NCBI GenBank assembly: GCA_965205425.1
Contig: CBDBGZ010000008.1
Location: 32,001-96,000, forward strand
Source: Nitrosopumilus sp.
GTDB lineage: Archaea; Thermoproteota; Nitrososphaeria; Nitrososphaerales; Nitrosopumilaceae
Reading direction: 5' to 3'
DNA: 64,000 nt
A model generated the notes under the pieces. That model did no database searches. It saw only the letters and a program-made list of their open reading frames with translations, and was not told where the DNA came from. Below, piece by piece: positions 21,756 through 33,461 of this stretch (position 1 is its first letter; each line of letters opens with the position of its first letter). Both the position numbers and the translations under genes were made by a program.

Positions 21756-22565
21756 TTAAGCATCTAGTTGAGCATCAATTATTTTTTTGAAACTCTCAAA
21801 TGGTTGTGCTCCTTTTAATTCCACATATCCAATTTGATCATTTCCTACAAAAAATCCTGGAGTTCCAGATATACCATAATCTCTTCCATCGTCAAGATCT
21901 TTTCTAATTTCTGGAATGTGTTCTCCACTAGTAAGACATGAGTCAAATGATTCTTGATCTAATTGCATACTTGAAGCATATTGACTGAACAAAGATAATG
22001 CCTCTACTGTCTCTAATCTGTTCCATTCATTTTGTTTTTCAAATAATATGTCATGCATATCTTTGAAATTTCCTTGATCATTTGCACATTCTGCTGCAAC
22101 TGATGCTGGTAAAGCATTAGGGTGAATGCTTTGAATAGGGAAATCTCTGAAAACTAATTTCACTTTACCTTGTTCAATGTATTCGTCAAAAATTAATGGT
22201 AAAGTTTGAGTATGGAATCTTGCACAAAATGGGCATTGAAAATCTGAAAATTCAATTATTGTAATTGGTGCATCTTGATTTCCAAAAAATGGATCATCAT
22301 CTGCTGAAATTTTTACTAGCTCTGTTGGTTGATTTGTAGGTAATTGATTTTGTAGTAATTTTAGTTCTAGTTTGGCAATTGCTTTATCTAAATCATCACT
22401 AGAAATTTGTTCAGAATTCAAACTTGTCATATATGACCCTGCAAAGAATGCTGTAATTCCCACTAAAACAATTAGCCCAATTACCAATCCATTAAAAGTT
22501 GATTTTTTCACTGAAATTTCCTTATTGTTATTATTTTCATTAAAATCTGATTCTTCAGAACTCAT
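21756..22565 (-). CDS. membrane-anchored DsbA-family oxidoreductase
   Basis: FSDFQCPFC, GTP motif and an N-terminal TM. Confidence 0.9.
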   Translation of the reverse strand: MSSEESDFNENNNNKEISVKKSTFNGLVIGLIVLVGITAFFAGSYMTSLNSEQISSDDLDKAIAKLELKLLQNQLPTNQPTELVKISADDDPFFGNQDAPITIIEFSDFQCPFCARFHTQTLPLIFDEYIEQGKVKLVFRDFPIQSIHPNALPASVAAECANDQGNFKDMHDILFEKQNEWNRLETVEALSLFSQYASSMQLDQESFDSCLTSGEHIPEIRKDLDDGRDYGISGTPGFFVGNDQIGYVELKGAQPFESFKKIIDAQLDA

Positions 22566-22640
22566 TTTTTTAAATCAATTATTAGCTTACTTAATCGTAT
22601 TGCCAAATCTTAAGATTCTATACTTTTTGAAAATTTTAAA

Positions 22641-22714
22641 AGCCAATGACGGGATCTGAACCCATGACCTATTGATTACAAATCAATTGCTCTACCAGGC
22701 TGAGCTACATTGGC
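22641..22714 (-). tRNA. tRNA-Thr(UGU)
   Basis: Cloverleaf GCCAATGTAGCTCAGCCTGGTAGAGC...TTGAT-TTGTAAT-CAAT...GGTTCAGATCC-CGTCATTGGC. Confidence 0.95.
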
Positions 22715-22838
22715 ACGAAGTAAAATGAAATTTTTGAAGGTTTAAAGTGTTACCTGTGGTTAATTTACAAATAATTTTTATTTAAAAATCGTCAAATTCA
22801 CCGTCAGTTTATAATATTGCCCCATTTTGATATCTCAT

Positions 22839-23066
22839 ATGAGATACATCGAACCAACTAGAGTCAAGTTTTTGATGATTATGTTTTTTGCAACAGGCTC
22901 TCTTGGTATTGTTATTGGATTATCTCCAGTTGCTGGACCTCAACAGACTATGATAATCACTTTCATGGGTGTGATAAACATTGGATTGGGTGCATTCTTT
23001 GCATTTCTCTATTTAACACAAGTCAAAAAGGATCCCGATAAGAGAAAGAAAAAAAAGAAAAACTGA
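22839..23066 (+). CDS. small 2-TM membrane protein
   Basis: Two hydrophobic helices and a basic tail. Confidence 0.7.
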   Translation: MRYIEPTRVKFLMIMFFATGSLGIVIGLSPVAGPQQTMIITFMGVINIGLGAFFAFLYLTQVKKDPDKRKKKKKN

Positions 23067-23153
23067 TTAATCTTCAAAATCTTCCTTGAAAAATAATTTG
23101 AGCATTTCACCCAATTAAAGTATAAATAATAATCCTCTTTCATCAATTCAGAA

Positions 23154-23705
23154 ATGTTAGATTTAGTTGCTAAGAATTTGTTTCTTACAAAGGGTAAAGG
23201 AGTTCATGAGGATAGATTAACTAGTTTTGAATATGCACTTAGAGATGCTGGAATTGCTGGAACTAATCTTGTTTTAATTTCAAGCATATTTCCTCCTAAG
23301 GCAAAATTAATTACTAGAAAAGAAGGATTGAAAAAAATTTCACCTGGACAAATCTTATTTACAATTTATTCTAAAAATCAAACCAATGAACCTCATAGAG
23401 TTTGTTCTGCATCTGTAGGTCTCGCACAACCAAAAGATACCTCTAGATATGGATACTTATCTGAATATGAAGCCTTTGGACAAAATGAAGTTCAGGCAGG
23501 TGATTATGCTGAAGATATTGCAGCGCAAATGCTTGCATCTTCTCTAGGGATTCCTTTTGATGCTGACAAAGCATGGAATGAAAAAAGACAACAGTGGTCT
23601 ATCTCTGGAGAAATTTACAATACTCATAATATTACTTCTGCTACTAAAGGTGACAAGGATGGAAAATGGACTACTGTTTTTGCAGCAGCAGTACTTTTGT
23701 TATAA
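23154..23705 (+). CDS. pdaD: pyruvoyl-dependent arginine decarboxylase
   Basis: SFEYALRDAGIAGTNLVLISSIFPP self-cleavage motif. Confidence 0.88.
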   Translation: MLDLVAKNLFLTKGKGVHEDRLTSFEYALRDAGIAGTNLVLISSIFPPKAKLITRKEGLKKISPGQILFTIYSKNQTNEPHRVCSASVGLAQPKDTSRYGYLSEYEAFGQNEVQAGDYAEDIAAQMLASSLGIPFDADKAWNEKRQQWSISGEIYNTHNITSATKGDKDGKWTTVFAAAVLLL

Positions 23706-24944
23706 TTATTTTTTATATCCTTTAAGATAAAATATCGCAGCTGCAATTGCAACAATTGTAATTATTATAACTACAATTATTGATTCATCAAATTCCGGTT
23801 TCTCTATTTGTACATTAGTTCCTCCTAGAGAGAATTCTAATTCTTTACCATTCACTGATGTTTCTTTCCCAAAGATGTATTTTCCTTGAATTCTTTGTCC
23901 TTCTTCAGGATCAAAAATCCAACCTTGTTTAGTAATGTCTATGGGAATTTTTTCATTGTCAATTATTTGCGATTCTACTATGTTCCCTTTAACATCTGAA
24001 ACGTTCGTGTTTTCAGGGGATAATACAACAACTTGAATAATTGAATTTAAGGGATAGAATCCTGAAGAGAAATAATTTGATCTGTTGATATTTTCAATAT
24101 TGAAAAACTTCAATGGTGTAATATCTGACATCCCTAATGCCTGATTAGGATAATTTGCTGATAGTTTTAGCTGTAACAATGATTTAGAATCCATTGGTAG
24201 TATTGAAAATGTCATTTTAGCATTTTCATTTGTTGATAAATCTCTTGCAACTTTATAGAATCCTTCTCCGTCTCTAATTATTTTATGAACCAAAAGGGCG
24301 GTGACTTTGTCATACATGGAATCTGTGTCTTCCATTGGTAATGTGTAAACTACTGAAATGATGCCTTTACCTGAAATTACTCCTGATGTTTCTAATGCTG
24401 CATTTGTTTGATCATTTGTATGTACGTACACTGAATGGTATTTTGCATTTGTATCAAACATTTGGTTGATTATATCGATGTATTCGTCCCCAATTTTCCT
24501 TGAATTTTCTTGAATCATAATGATTCCTTTGTCTTCTGGATTTCTTTCAACATTAATCATAATACATGATTCATTTTGAACTCCAAGAACACATTGAACT
24601 TGATTTGTTAAAATCACTGCTTTAATTCTATGATCTTCTCTAATTTTTTGTTCTAATTCTGCAGGAATTTTGATTTCTTGTATGCTAGTACTTTGTAAAG
24701 TAATTGATGCTGTTACATTTTGAGATATGCTTTTGTCAATAACAAGTTGAGCTGTTTCTTGAAATGTGGAATGACTTATTTCTTGACCCCATGCAAAGTT
24801 GGTAGTAATTCCGACTAATGCAATTAATGTTAGAAAAATTATTGTGTTATGCACGAAGTGGACTTTAGAAATGAAATTATTAACTTTTCTCTTCTTTTGT
24901 ACATAGATGATCATTTGATCGTAGTTTTTTTTATTTTTTAACAA
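23706..24944 (-). CDS. exported protein with a C-terminal TM anchor (start probably near 24855)
   Basis: N-terminal hydrophobic signal and a C-terminal TM followed by KK. Confidence 0.65.
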   Translation of the reverse strand: MLKNKKNYDQMIIYVQKKRKVNNFISKVHFVHNTIIFLTLIALVGITTNFAWGQEISHSTFQETAQLVIDKSISQNVTASITLQSTSIQEIKIPAELEQKIREDHRIKAVILTNQVQCVLGVQNESCIMINVERNPEDKGIIMIQENSRKIGDEYIDIINQMFDTNAKYHSVYVHTNDQTNAALETSGVISGKGIISVVYTLPMEDTDSMYDKVTALLVHKIIRDGEGFYKVARDLSTNENAKMTFSILPMDSKSLLQLKLSANYPNQALGMSDITPLKFFNIENINRSNYFSSGFYPLNSIIQVVVLSPENTNVSDVKGNIVESQIIDNEKIPIDITKQGWIFDPEEGQRIQGKYIFGKETSVNGKELEFSLGGTNVQIEKPEFDESIIVVIIITIVAIAAAIFYLKGYKK

Positions 24945-24996
24945 GAATACCTTATCTGGTAACTAATATTCCCATATTTCATGATATTAGGTTGAT

Positions 24997-25569
24997 ATGG
25001 CACTTATTCCATTCCTTGTTGATCTTTTTCTTCATCCAATAATTCAACTAATTGCTGTTTTGAGTGCATTTGGAATTGGATTATTTCAAGGAATTGTTCT
25101 TGGTAGAGCCATTTTGATAAGATTCCCTCGTTTACAAAATCATGTAAAAACTGTTTCAATCACAATGTTTGTTTTATTTTTAATAAACGCAATACTAAGT
25201 GTTCCTCGTTTTGCCTCTCCTGAAAAAATTAGCCTTTCAAATTTATCTGCAAATAGTCCTGGTGAAGTTACATCTGCACTTTTTTTGATTTTTGGAATGA
25301 ATACTGGATTTCTAACTGTACTGGCAATTTCTGTCACGGTGATGAGCTTTGTGGTTTTAAAATTCACCAATCTTAATGGAATAACTAAAGCGTTTGTTTT
25401 TCTTTTTAGTTTATTTATTTTAATATTAACTGGTATCAGTAGATTCACTGATCTAACCCCCACTGCTTTTGAAGTATTATTATATTTCCTTTATCAGTTA
25501 GGAATCACTATTGGGATTTTGATTGGTTCTATTAGAAAGATTAAACCTAAGAAATTGAATTTAAAATAA
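24997..25569 (+). CDS. multi-pass membrane protein
   Basis: About five hydrophobic segments. Confidence 0.7.
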   Translation: MALIPFLVDLFLHPIIQLIAVLSAFGIGLFQGIVLGRAILIRFPRLQNHVKTVSITMFVLFLINAILSVPRFASPEKISLSNLSANSPGEVTSALFLIFGMNTGFLTVLAISVTVMSFVVLKFTNLNGITKAFVFLFSLFILILTGISRFTDLTPTAFEVLLYFLYQLGITIGILIGSIRKIKPKKLNLK

Positions 25570-25684
25570 TTTCAAACGTTTAAATCAGATTATTATTGTC
25601 TTGGAATTGACATCGAATTCAAACCGTTCGGGGAACACGCCGGCAGTCCATGCGTTGGACTGTCGGCCCCATTTATTCTAAAAT

Positions 25685-27457
25685 TTAGTTTAATGATGAG
25701 AGTGTGTTTACTTGGTCTTTAACATAGTCAAATCCCTCTTGCCAGAATTTTGGACTCCTAATATCAAAGCCATACTCTGAGAGCAATTTTTCAGGCTTTT
25801 TGGAACCTCCTGCTGCAAGAATGCTAATGTATGCTGGAACAAAGTCTTTTCCTTCTTTTTTGTATCTTTGAAATAGTGACAATGCAAGTAAATTCCCAAA
25901 AGAATATGCGTAACAATAAAACGGTGTATGGTAAAAATGAGGAATACAACTCCATTCTATTGCAAAATCATCTGATAACTCCACTGAATTCCCAAATTGT
26001 ACTTTAAGATTCTTCAAATAGGTTTTTGAGATTTCATCAATTGTAGTTCCGTTCCCAATTTGTTTGTGAGCATCCACTTCAAAGATTGTGAAAAATGATT
26101 GTCTTAGAATTGTCGCATACAAATCATCAATTTTTTCTGAAAGCATAGTCTTTTTTTCGTCATCAGAAATTTTGCTGGATAAATTATCGTATAATAATAA
26201 TTCTGAAAAGGTTGATGCTGTTTCTGCTAAAGGTAATGGTGCATCTTGAACAAGAATTGATCTGTCTTGTGCAGCTTGACTATGAACTGCATGGCCCAAT
26301 TCGTGAGCTAAAGTAAATACATCTCTAGATTTACCTGTAAAATTTACTAAAACATAGGGTGTGATTTTTGGCGTTAGAGTACTACAAAAAGCTCCATCTC
26401 GTTTTCCTTGCCTTACTGCTGAATCTATGTGATTTTCATTGAATACTTTTCGGGCATATTCTTCTAAGGTGCTACTAAATTTCCCAAGTGATTCAAAAAC
26501 CAGTTTGACTGATTTATCGTATGAATAATTTTTCTCTTTAATGTTGGATGCTGCAGGTGCATACAAATCATACCTTCGTAATTTTTTCATTTTTAGCATC
26601 TTTGCTTTTTGAGTGAAAAATTTTTGAAAAATAGGAGAGTTTTTCTTACAAATTGAGAGTAAGGACTCTATAGTTTTATCATCTACATCATTCCCGATAT
26701 TCCTCATAGATATTGGAGATTTGTAACCTCGAATTTCAATACCCTCATCTTTCCAATTAAGAACAATGTTTTGGTATATTTCTCCAACAACTCCTTTATT
26801 TTCAGAATATTTTGAAAGAATTGTTTTGTATGCTGTTTCTCGAATTTTTGGATTTGTACTTCGCACATAATTTGTAAGCTCTTCTCTTGTCATGTTTTTG
26901 GATTTGTTTCCGATTTTCATTTTGTATTCAAAGGAATTAGTAATTTTGTCATACAATTTGACAAGTGCAGAAATTCCAGTTACATCTAATGTGTTTATGA
27001 TCCTCTCTTCAGGTTCACTAAGAGCATATTTTGCAAATAGTCTTTTGTGTGATAGATATTCTCTAATTTCTCCAGTATCTTTCATGAGTCTTTTTGCATT
27101 TTTATCATCAACTTGTGTCTTCCACCACAAATCAAAAAATAAAATCTTGTTTGAAATATCTGAACCAAGTTTTGACATCTTTGTCATTAGAGATGTTGCT
27201 TCGTCTGATTGTGTATCTGATGAATATGCTAATGATGCATATCCTCCAATCTTGCTCATGTTTTCAGAAATTTCTTCAACTTGATTGAGAATATTCATAA
27301 ATTGTTTAGATGACATTTTTGGATTTAATTTTGATTTAATTTTTTCAAACTTGTCTGCTTGTTTTTCTAACACTTGAATCTGTTTTTGAAATGCATGACT
27401 TTTTGGATTCTTTGCTAATTCTGAGAGATCCCATTTACCCGTTTGATACCCTGTCAT
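25685..27457 (-). CDS. pepF: M3B oligoendopeptidase F
   Basis: WDLS N-terminus, GKRDGAF, TLAHELGH, AETAS, WSCIPHFY. Confidence 0.92.
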   Translation of the reverse strand: MTGYQTGKWDLSELAKNPKSHAFQKQIQVLEKQADKFEKIKSKLNPKMSSKQFMNILNQVEEISENMSKIGGYASLAYSSDTQSDEATSLMTKMSKLGSDISNKILFFDLWWKTQVDDKNAKRLMKDTGEIREYLSHKRLFAKYALSEPEERIINTLDVTGISALVKLYDKITNSFEYKMKIGNKSKNMTREELTNYVRSTNPKIRETAYKTILSKYSENKGVVGEIYQNIVLNWKDEGIEIRGYKSPISMRNIGNDVDDKTIESLLSICKKNSPIFQKFFTQKAKMLKMKKLRRYDLYAPAASNIKEKNYSYDKSVKLVFESLGKFSSTLEEYARKVFNENHIDSAVRQGKRDGAFCSTLTPKITPYVLVNFTGKSRDVFTLAHELGHAVHSQAAQDRSILVQDAPLPLAETASTFSELLLYDNLSSKISDDEKKTMLSEKIDDLYATILRQSFFTIFEVDAHKQIGNGTTIDEISKTYLKNLKVQFGNSVELSDDFAIEWSCIPHFYHTPFYCYAYSFGNLLALSLFQRYKKEGKDFVPAYISILAAGGSKKPEKLLSEYGFDIRSPKFWQEGFDYVKDQVNTLSSLN

Positions 27458-27716
27458 GTAATTTTGTTGTTTTGTAACTATTAAAAAATCAATACGTGTT
27501 TTTTTGCATCAATTATATTTTTCATTATTTCTTAGATTAAATTGTAAAATGTTGAAAACCTTGAAATTCAAAGTTTATCCACATTTGATGAATTTTGGAC
27601 AAATTCTACATTTTTAACAAATTTGGTTCTCAGAATAGGCTTGAAATATGTCTCTAAAAAAATCTGCAAATAAGTCGTTTATATAGGAAATCAATAGCAG
27701 AAAATGAGTATTACTC

Positions 27717-28649
27717 ATGGTTTTAGAAATTATTAACGCAGATTCCGCTTGTGGCCGATGTGGAAAAAATTCCATGTTGACTGATAATGTCACTGGAGAA
27801 AGATTCTGTGGAAAATGTGGCTATGTCATTACTGAAACATTACAAGATTCTGGCCCTGAATGGAGATCCTTTTCAAAGGAAGGTGGAGCAGATCCAACTA
27901 GAACTGGAGCTCCAACATCACTTGCAATGCATGATAGAGGATTGGCAACCATTATCAGTCCGATGAACAAAGACTCTTCTGGAAAACCTCTCACCTCTAC
28001 TATGAAGAGTACTATTGAAAGATTAAGAACTTGGGATAGTAGAAGTAAAGTCAATGCATCTTCTGATAAAAATCTCAGACAAGCACTAAGTGAATTATCT
28101 ACGTTAAAAGATAAACTTTCATTATCTGATGCAGTTATTGAAAAAGCATCTTACATTTACAGAAAAGCATTGGAGAAAGGTCTAGTTAAAGGACGTTCCA
28201 TTTCAGCTTTAATTGCAGCATCATTATATGCTGCATGTAGAGACACTGAAACTCCGAGAACTCTAAAAGATGTTTCAGATGCTGGAAATATCAAGAAAAA
28301 AGATATTTCAAGATGTTATAGAATTTTGCATCAAGAATTAGAACTAAAAATGCCTGTAGTTGATCCTGTTCAATGTGTTGCAAGAATTGCAAGCTCTATT
28401 GGAATTACAGAAAAAACAAAACGTTATGCTGTTAAAGTACTCAAAGATGCACAAGCACATGAAGAATCAGCTGGTAAAGATCCTATGGGATTGGCAGCAG
28501 CAGCACTTTACTTATCTTGTGTTAAAAACGGTGAGGATAAAACTCAACGTGATATCGCCGAAGCTGCAAATGTAACTGAAGTAACAATTAGAAATAGATA
28601 CAAAGGTTTGAGATTAGACCAAAATATGGATATGATGGGAGGAAAATAA
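27717..28649 (+). CDS. tfb: transcription initiation factor IIB
   Basis: Zn ribbon CxxC...CxxCG, GPEWRSF, RTGAP and cyclin repeats. Confidence 0.97.
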   Translation: MVLEIINADSACGRCGKNSMLTDNVTGERFCGKCGYVITETLQDSGPEWRSFSKEGGADPTRTGAPTSLAMHDRGLATIISPMNKDSSGKPLTSTMKSTIERLRTWDSRSKVNASSDKNLRQALSELSTLKDKLSLSDAVIEKASYIYRKALEKGLVKGRSISALIAASLYAACRDTETPRTLKDVSDAGNIKKKDISRCYRILHQELELKMPVVDPVQCVARIASSIGITEKTKRYAVKVLKDAQAHEESAGKDPMGLAAAALYLSCVKNGEDKTQRDIAEAANVTEVTIRNRYKGLRLDQNMDMMGGK

Positions 28650-28653
28650 GAAA

Positions 28654-29214
28654 ATGACACAAACAAAACCTATAATTGCAATAGTTAATGTGGTAGCTTC
28701 TGCTACAATTGAACAAAAGTTAGATCTTGTAGATATTACTAAAAAATTCCCTGCCGTTGAATATCATCCAGAACAATTCCCTGGTGCTGTATTTAGGCTC
28801 AAAAACCCCAAGACTGCCACACTTCTTTTTGGTTCAGGTAAAATGGTATGTACTGGTGCGAAATCTCAAGAATTGGCAGAAACTGCTGTATTTGAAGTTG
28901 TGAAAATATTACGAAAAGGTAAAATCAAAATTAAAAATGATCCTATAGTTTCAATCCAAAATATTGTATCCTCAATCAATCTTGGAGGTAAAGTAAACCT
29001 GGAGCAAGCTGCTAGAACCCTTCCAAGAAGTATGTATGAGCCAGAACAATTCCCAGGGTTAATTCACAGGATGCTTGACCCTAAAACTGTAATTCTAATT
29101 TTTGCTTCAGGAAAATTGGTATGTGTTGGTGCTAAACTTGAAAAAGATGTTCATCGTTCAGTTAACCAAATTCATGCATTGCTTGAAGAAAAAGGATTAA
29201 TGGTTTACGATTAG
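28654..29214 (+). CDS. tbp: TATA-box binding protein
   Basis: Duplicated NVVAS / YxPEQFPG / FxSGKxVCxGAK repeats. Confidence 0.97.
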   Translation: MTQTKPIIAIVNVVASATIEQKLDLVDITKKFPAVEYHPEQFPGAVFRLKNPKTATLLFGSGKMVCTGAKSQELAETAVFEVVKILRKGKIKIKNDPIVSIQNIVSSINLGGKVNLEQAARTLPRSMYEPEQFPGLIHRMLDPKTVILIFASGKLVCVGAKLEKDVHRSVNQIHALLEEKGLMVYD

Positions 29215-29242
29215 AATCATCTATTAAAATTTCAATTTTATT

Positions 29243-30077
29243 AAGGTGATTATCAATTATTCACCACCAACACATAATCTAACAATAATGAGAAAGTGTC
29301 TTCCATCTCTGTTGTTGTATCTCCACTCCATTTCTTTGATGTACAACAAGAATTTATCTGGACTTACACCATGATGCTTTGCCATGTTCTCTTTTGCAAA
29401 ACTCCAAAACCCTTCGATTCCATTTATGTAAACATCGCCTTTGCCAAACATCTTGCTGTGGTCTATTGAGAGATGTTTGTAGCCGTTGAAAATTAGAGAA
29501 TCATATCCTTTACACTTGTCCGTATACACAATGCTTCCTTTCTTTACTTTCTTGATTGTTCCTGCAAGAAGAGTTTTAGCTTTGACATTGTTTACAATCT
29601 CAACGTGAACTTTTCCCTTTCTTTCCAGTATGCCAAATACGATGGTCTTGTTCTTGGCACCTCTGCCACGATTTCCCTTTCTTTTTCCTCCAAAATAGTC
29701 GCCTCGTCAGCCTCAATTTTCCCTTTTAGTTTCTTGTCTGATTCTGCTAGATGATACAGTATGGCATATCTGATGCAATCAAAAGCATTTAGTGCAAGTT
29801 GGATAACTGACATCTGCTTCTCTAGCTGCATGTCTTGCACTAATCCCAATATCAAATAGTTTGACTAGGGCCAACCATTTTGTAAAATTAATGTTGATGA
29901 TATCAAACCATGTTCCAGCAAACGGTCTATAATCTGTCTTGCAATCTTTGCATCTTAGTTTCCCTCTTGAAATAATATAGTAATTCTCAGAGTTACATGA
30001 TGAACAATGAATTGTGTTTTTCTTTTTGAATTGGTTGCAGAGAAATTCCAATGCAGTTGATTTGTTGTGAATTATTT
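29243..30077 (-). pseudogene. IS1595-family transposase remnant (multiple frameshifts, 5' end cut by ISH3)
   Basis: Zn ribbon CSSC...CKDC, IEADE, YTD and INGIEGFWSFAK...EMEWRYN spread across three frames. Confidence 0.85.
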
Positions 30078-31394
30078 CAGTACTTGGGAAAGTAACTCAA
30101 TTTAGATCACAAACTAACCATTATTTCATCAGTTAAACAACAAATTTGGATAGAAAAAGCTTGAAGGAGGTGTGCTGCCCCATCAAATATGAATCATAAT
30201 CTTGATTTTGCACACATTAGAAATTCAACAACTCAAGCATTTGCAAATATCGCTAAAATAATGTGCACGACGTTGTCGTTTTCTTGCTCACAAAAAAGTA
30301 ATGCCATATACAATTCAGAGGACATACATCATTTCATTATGGAATGTTGTCTTGGTAACTGCTATTCTGAATCAACTGCAAATAAACTGAAGATAAAAAC
30401 TGAATGTGTAATTCCATCAGGCTCTTGGATTAGAAAGCAGATTGCAAAAATACCACAAGAGAAAATGATTGTTGCATTATCAGATGGAATTGACCAAACA
30501 ATTACACACCTAAAGAATTTGGGAATGCTGAATCATCCTGTAACTGTTGCAATTGACAAGCACTTTATCCCAAGGTATGACAAAACAGATTCACCGTATC
30601 TGGTAAAATCAAGACCAAAAAATGGCACTGATACGTTTGAAGGATATGGAACAATTCAATGTGTAGAGAAATCATGTAGGGCACAAATTGGCTGTACACC
30701 AGTCAGAAAAGGTGACTCCAAAGCAGATATCGTGCGTAAATTACTTGGCGATGTTACCAGAAACAACATTACAACAAAACAAGTTCTGTTGGATAGAGAG
30801 TTTTTCTCAACTGGAACAATTCATGAACTAAAGCAAAACCAACACACATTCATCATGCCGGCAAGAAAGACACCTGGAATCAAAAAGGCAATAATACAAT
30901 ATGTTGAGGGGAACCGTAAATCAATATCAGAGTACAGGATTCATTCAGGGTCTGGTCATGTTGAATCATTTAATCTAGTTATTTTGCTAAACCCAAAACC
31001 TACAAAATCAAAGCCCACAGACCAGTATCTGGTTTTTGCAACAAATATCAAAAGAGCAGAGATATCCCAAGACATTTGGCAAATCCCAGACCAGTATCGC
31101 AGAAGGTGGGGAATAGAGACAGGTTATGCATGCGTTGGTAAGTTCAGACCAAGGACATGCAGTGTTAATCCGTCTGTCAGGTTTTTGTATTTTTTCTATC
31201 CTTTGATTTTGTTTAACGCATGGATTATTGCAAATTGTACGTTGAGAAATATTTGTTCCATCAATCACACAAATCCAATAATTACAATTGAAATTCTCAA
31301 GTGCATCTTTGAAATTATTATTGTTGATTTCTTTAGGAGAATAAAATCAGAATACTATTTGGAAGATGTCAGGTAGTTACTTTCCCAAGTACTG
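30078..31394 (+). mobile_element. ISH3-like element, second type (ORF 30189-31376)
   Basis: TIR CAGTACTTGGGAAAGTAACT; motifs VAIDKH, LLDREF, YRRRWGIETGY. No TSD. Confidence 0.9.
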
Positions 31395-31495
31395 AAGAAT
31401 CATGCAATTCATGTCCGAAATTGGCAAAATTAGACAGCACCGGAACAATCGATAATCTTATAATGGCATTATGAAGTGCAAACTACAATAACAGG

Positions 31496-32647
31496 ATGAA
31501 TATAAAAAACAGAACAAAAACTATTTTGTTTGCTTCTTTGATTGCTATAATGATTCTTCCTTTAGTAGGAATGAATTTGGCATATGCATTTACTGATGAA
31601 TATGTCAAGGCATGGGAAGTGGAAGACAAAAAACTGATGAAAATTCAAGATAAAATCATTGATCTTGAAGATCTATTAAATTCTATAGACTTATCTGATG
31701 AGGAAATTATCCAGATTAATTCCGATATATCGGAGTTAAGGGCAATTGAATCTCAGATAATAAACACAATTGATGAAATACAACAAAAAAGTTATGACTC
31801 TTTCGTTGTTGATGCTGAAACAAAAAAGAATCTTTTGTATGCTGAAAAACTAATCAATGAGAAATACATGGATATTAATTCTGATAAGTATGTAGGATCA
31901 AATCCAGTCAACTTTGTAATTGCTGATTTTCAAGACAAGCAATTGTTTGTATTGATGAGTGATAGTACTACTTATTCATACAATGAAAAATCTTCTGCTA
32001 GTCATCTTACAGATATCAAAAATGAGATTGATGTAGATGTTAAAATGGAGAGTGGTAAGTTTAAGGATACATCATGTCGTAGCAGAACATCCAACTGTTC
32101 ACCTATGGTTGGTGGAATCTCTGTTGCAAAGTCAGGTGTTGGTACTAGTGGTGATTCTACACTTTCTTTCAAAGCTACAGATAGATCAAATCGAAGTGGA
32201 TTTGTAATTGCCGGTCACGTTGGAAACGTAGGCGATTCTATATACCAACATGCAAGTGGAAACTATGCAGGAAATATAATAACGGAATCCGATACATGTG
32301 ATTGTGCATTTGTTGAATCAAGTAGATCAATGTCAAATGGCATATACAAAAATTATAGGCAGTCATACACAATAAATGATTATGCTGTTGCAAGTGATTT
32401 CACATCTGGAACATTCTTGAAAAAGTCTGGAATTACTACGGGTATCACATATGGTAATCTGATTGATCATCGTACTGAATTACCAACTATAATCAGAATG
32501 ACTTCATCATTTGGAGATAGTGGTGCCCCCGTATTCAAAACATCCGGTAATAATGCAGAATTATTTGGTATTATTACTAGATCTAGCGGTTCACTTACTG
32601 TAATGGAACCATATCCAGACATAAAATCCAGTTTGAATCTAAGATAA
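31496..32647 (+). CDS. secreted S1 (chymotrypsin/alpha-lytic type) serine protease with pro-domain
   Basis: Signal KTILFASLIAIMILP...AYA; triad motifs IAGH, CDCAF and GDSGAP. Confidence 0.85.
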   Translation: MNIKNRTKTILFASLIAIMILPLVGMNLAYAFTDEYVKAWEVEDKKLMKIQDKIIDLEDLLNSIDLSDEEIIQINSDISELRAIESQIINTIDEIQQKSYDSFVVDAETKKNLLYAEKLINEKYMDINSDKYVGSNPVNFVIADFQDKQLFVLMSDSTTYSYNEKSSASHLTDIKNEIDVDVKMESGKFKDTSCRSRTSNCSPMVGGISVAKSGVGTSGDSTLSFKATDRSNRSGFVIAGHVGNVGDSIYQHASGNYAGNIITESDTCDCAFVESSRSMSNGIYKNYRQSYTINDYAVASDFTSGTFLKKSGITTGITYGNLIDHRTELPTIIRMTSSFGDSGAPVFKTSGNNAELFGIITRSSGSLTVMEPYPDIKSSLNLR

Positions 32648-32648
32648 T

Positions 32649-33197
32649 ATGAACAAAATTATCGTATTATCTTTTTCCCTCTTTTTTTTAATATTTACAA
32701 CTAGTGAAGCATATCCAGATAATCTATCATTAAAAAGCCAAATCAAGATGGACTTAAGTATTGATGAAATAGCATGTAAAAATAATTTGGTATTATCTCA
32801 AAGATCAAATAATAATCTTGCATGTGTCTATGAATCAACTGCTGAAAAGTTACAATGGGATATTTTAGAATATAGAATTTTTGAATTAAAGTCTATTGAT
32901 AGTGATGAGGTTTATCCTATATCATATAGATTATCTGGTGGATTAATAAACAAAATTACATTAACTGATGAATCACATATAATTGAGATAGATTTTGATT
33001 CTTGGAGTGATGGTCAACTTGATATATCATTACCCTTGGCGTTTATCTCAGATGAGTTTGATTCTCTAATTATTTTGATTAATGATGATGTTGAAATTGA
33101 TTTTGAAACTATTATTAATTTAGATAATCAAACTTTGATTATGGAGTTTTATGAAGGAGATTATAATATTAAAATAATTAAGACCTATTTGATATAA
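32649..33197 (+). CDS. secreted acidic partner protein
   Basis: Signal peptide and C...LVL...ACV..STAEKL motif; starts 1 bp after the protease stop. Confidence 0.7.
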   Translation: MNKIIVLSFSLFFLIFTTSEAYPDNLSLKSQIKMDLSIDEIACKNNLVLSQRSNNNLACVYESTAEKLQWDILEYRIFELKSIDSDEVYPISYRLSGGLINKITLTDESHIIEIDFDSWSDGQLDISLPLAFISDEFDSLIILINDDVEIDFETIINLDNQTLIMEFYEGDYNIKIIKTYLI

Positions 33198-33288
33198 TCA
33201 TAATACAATGTTTCCAATCAATCCATTAAAAATAAAACAAGGATTTTTCAGACTGGAAGTCCCTTGATTTTAATTGATTATTTCATAT

Positions 33289-33356
33289 ACCTAACTTAAC
33301 AGTAAAAGTCTCTAATTTAACAGGCAGTTGAAAAGCTCCTGAGATTGAACAGTGTA
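33289..33356 (-). mobile_element. solo IS/MITE end (TACACTGTT family)
   Basis: Near-identical to about 13505-13572. Confidence 0.65.
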
Positions 33357-33461
33357 CGAGTTTGGAACAGTGTAAAAACTATATCTCTTATTTTAGATAT
33401 TTGGAATAACAAGGTAGATTCCCATCTAAGATTAAATAATGGTTCATAGGCGTGATTTTCA

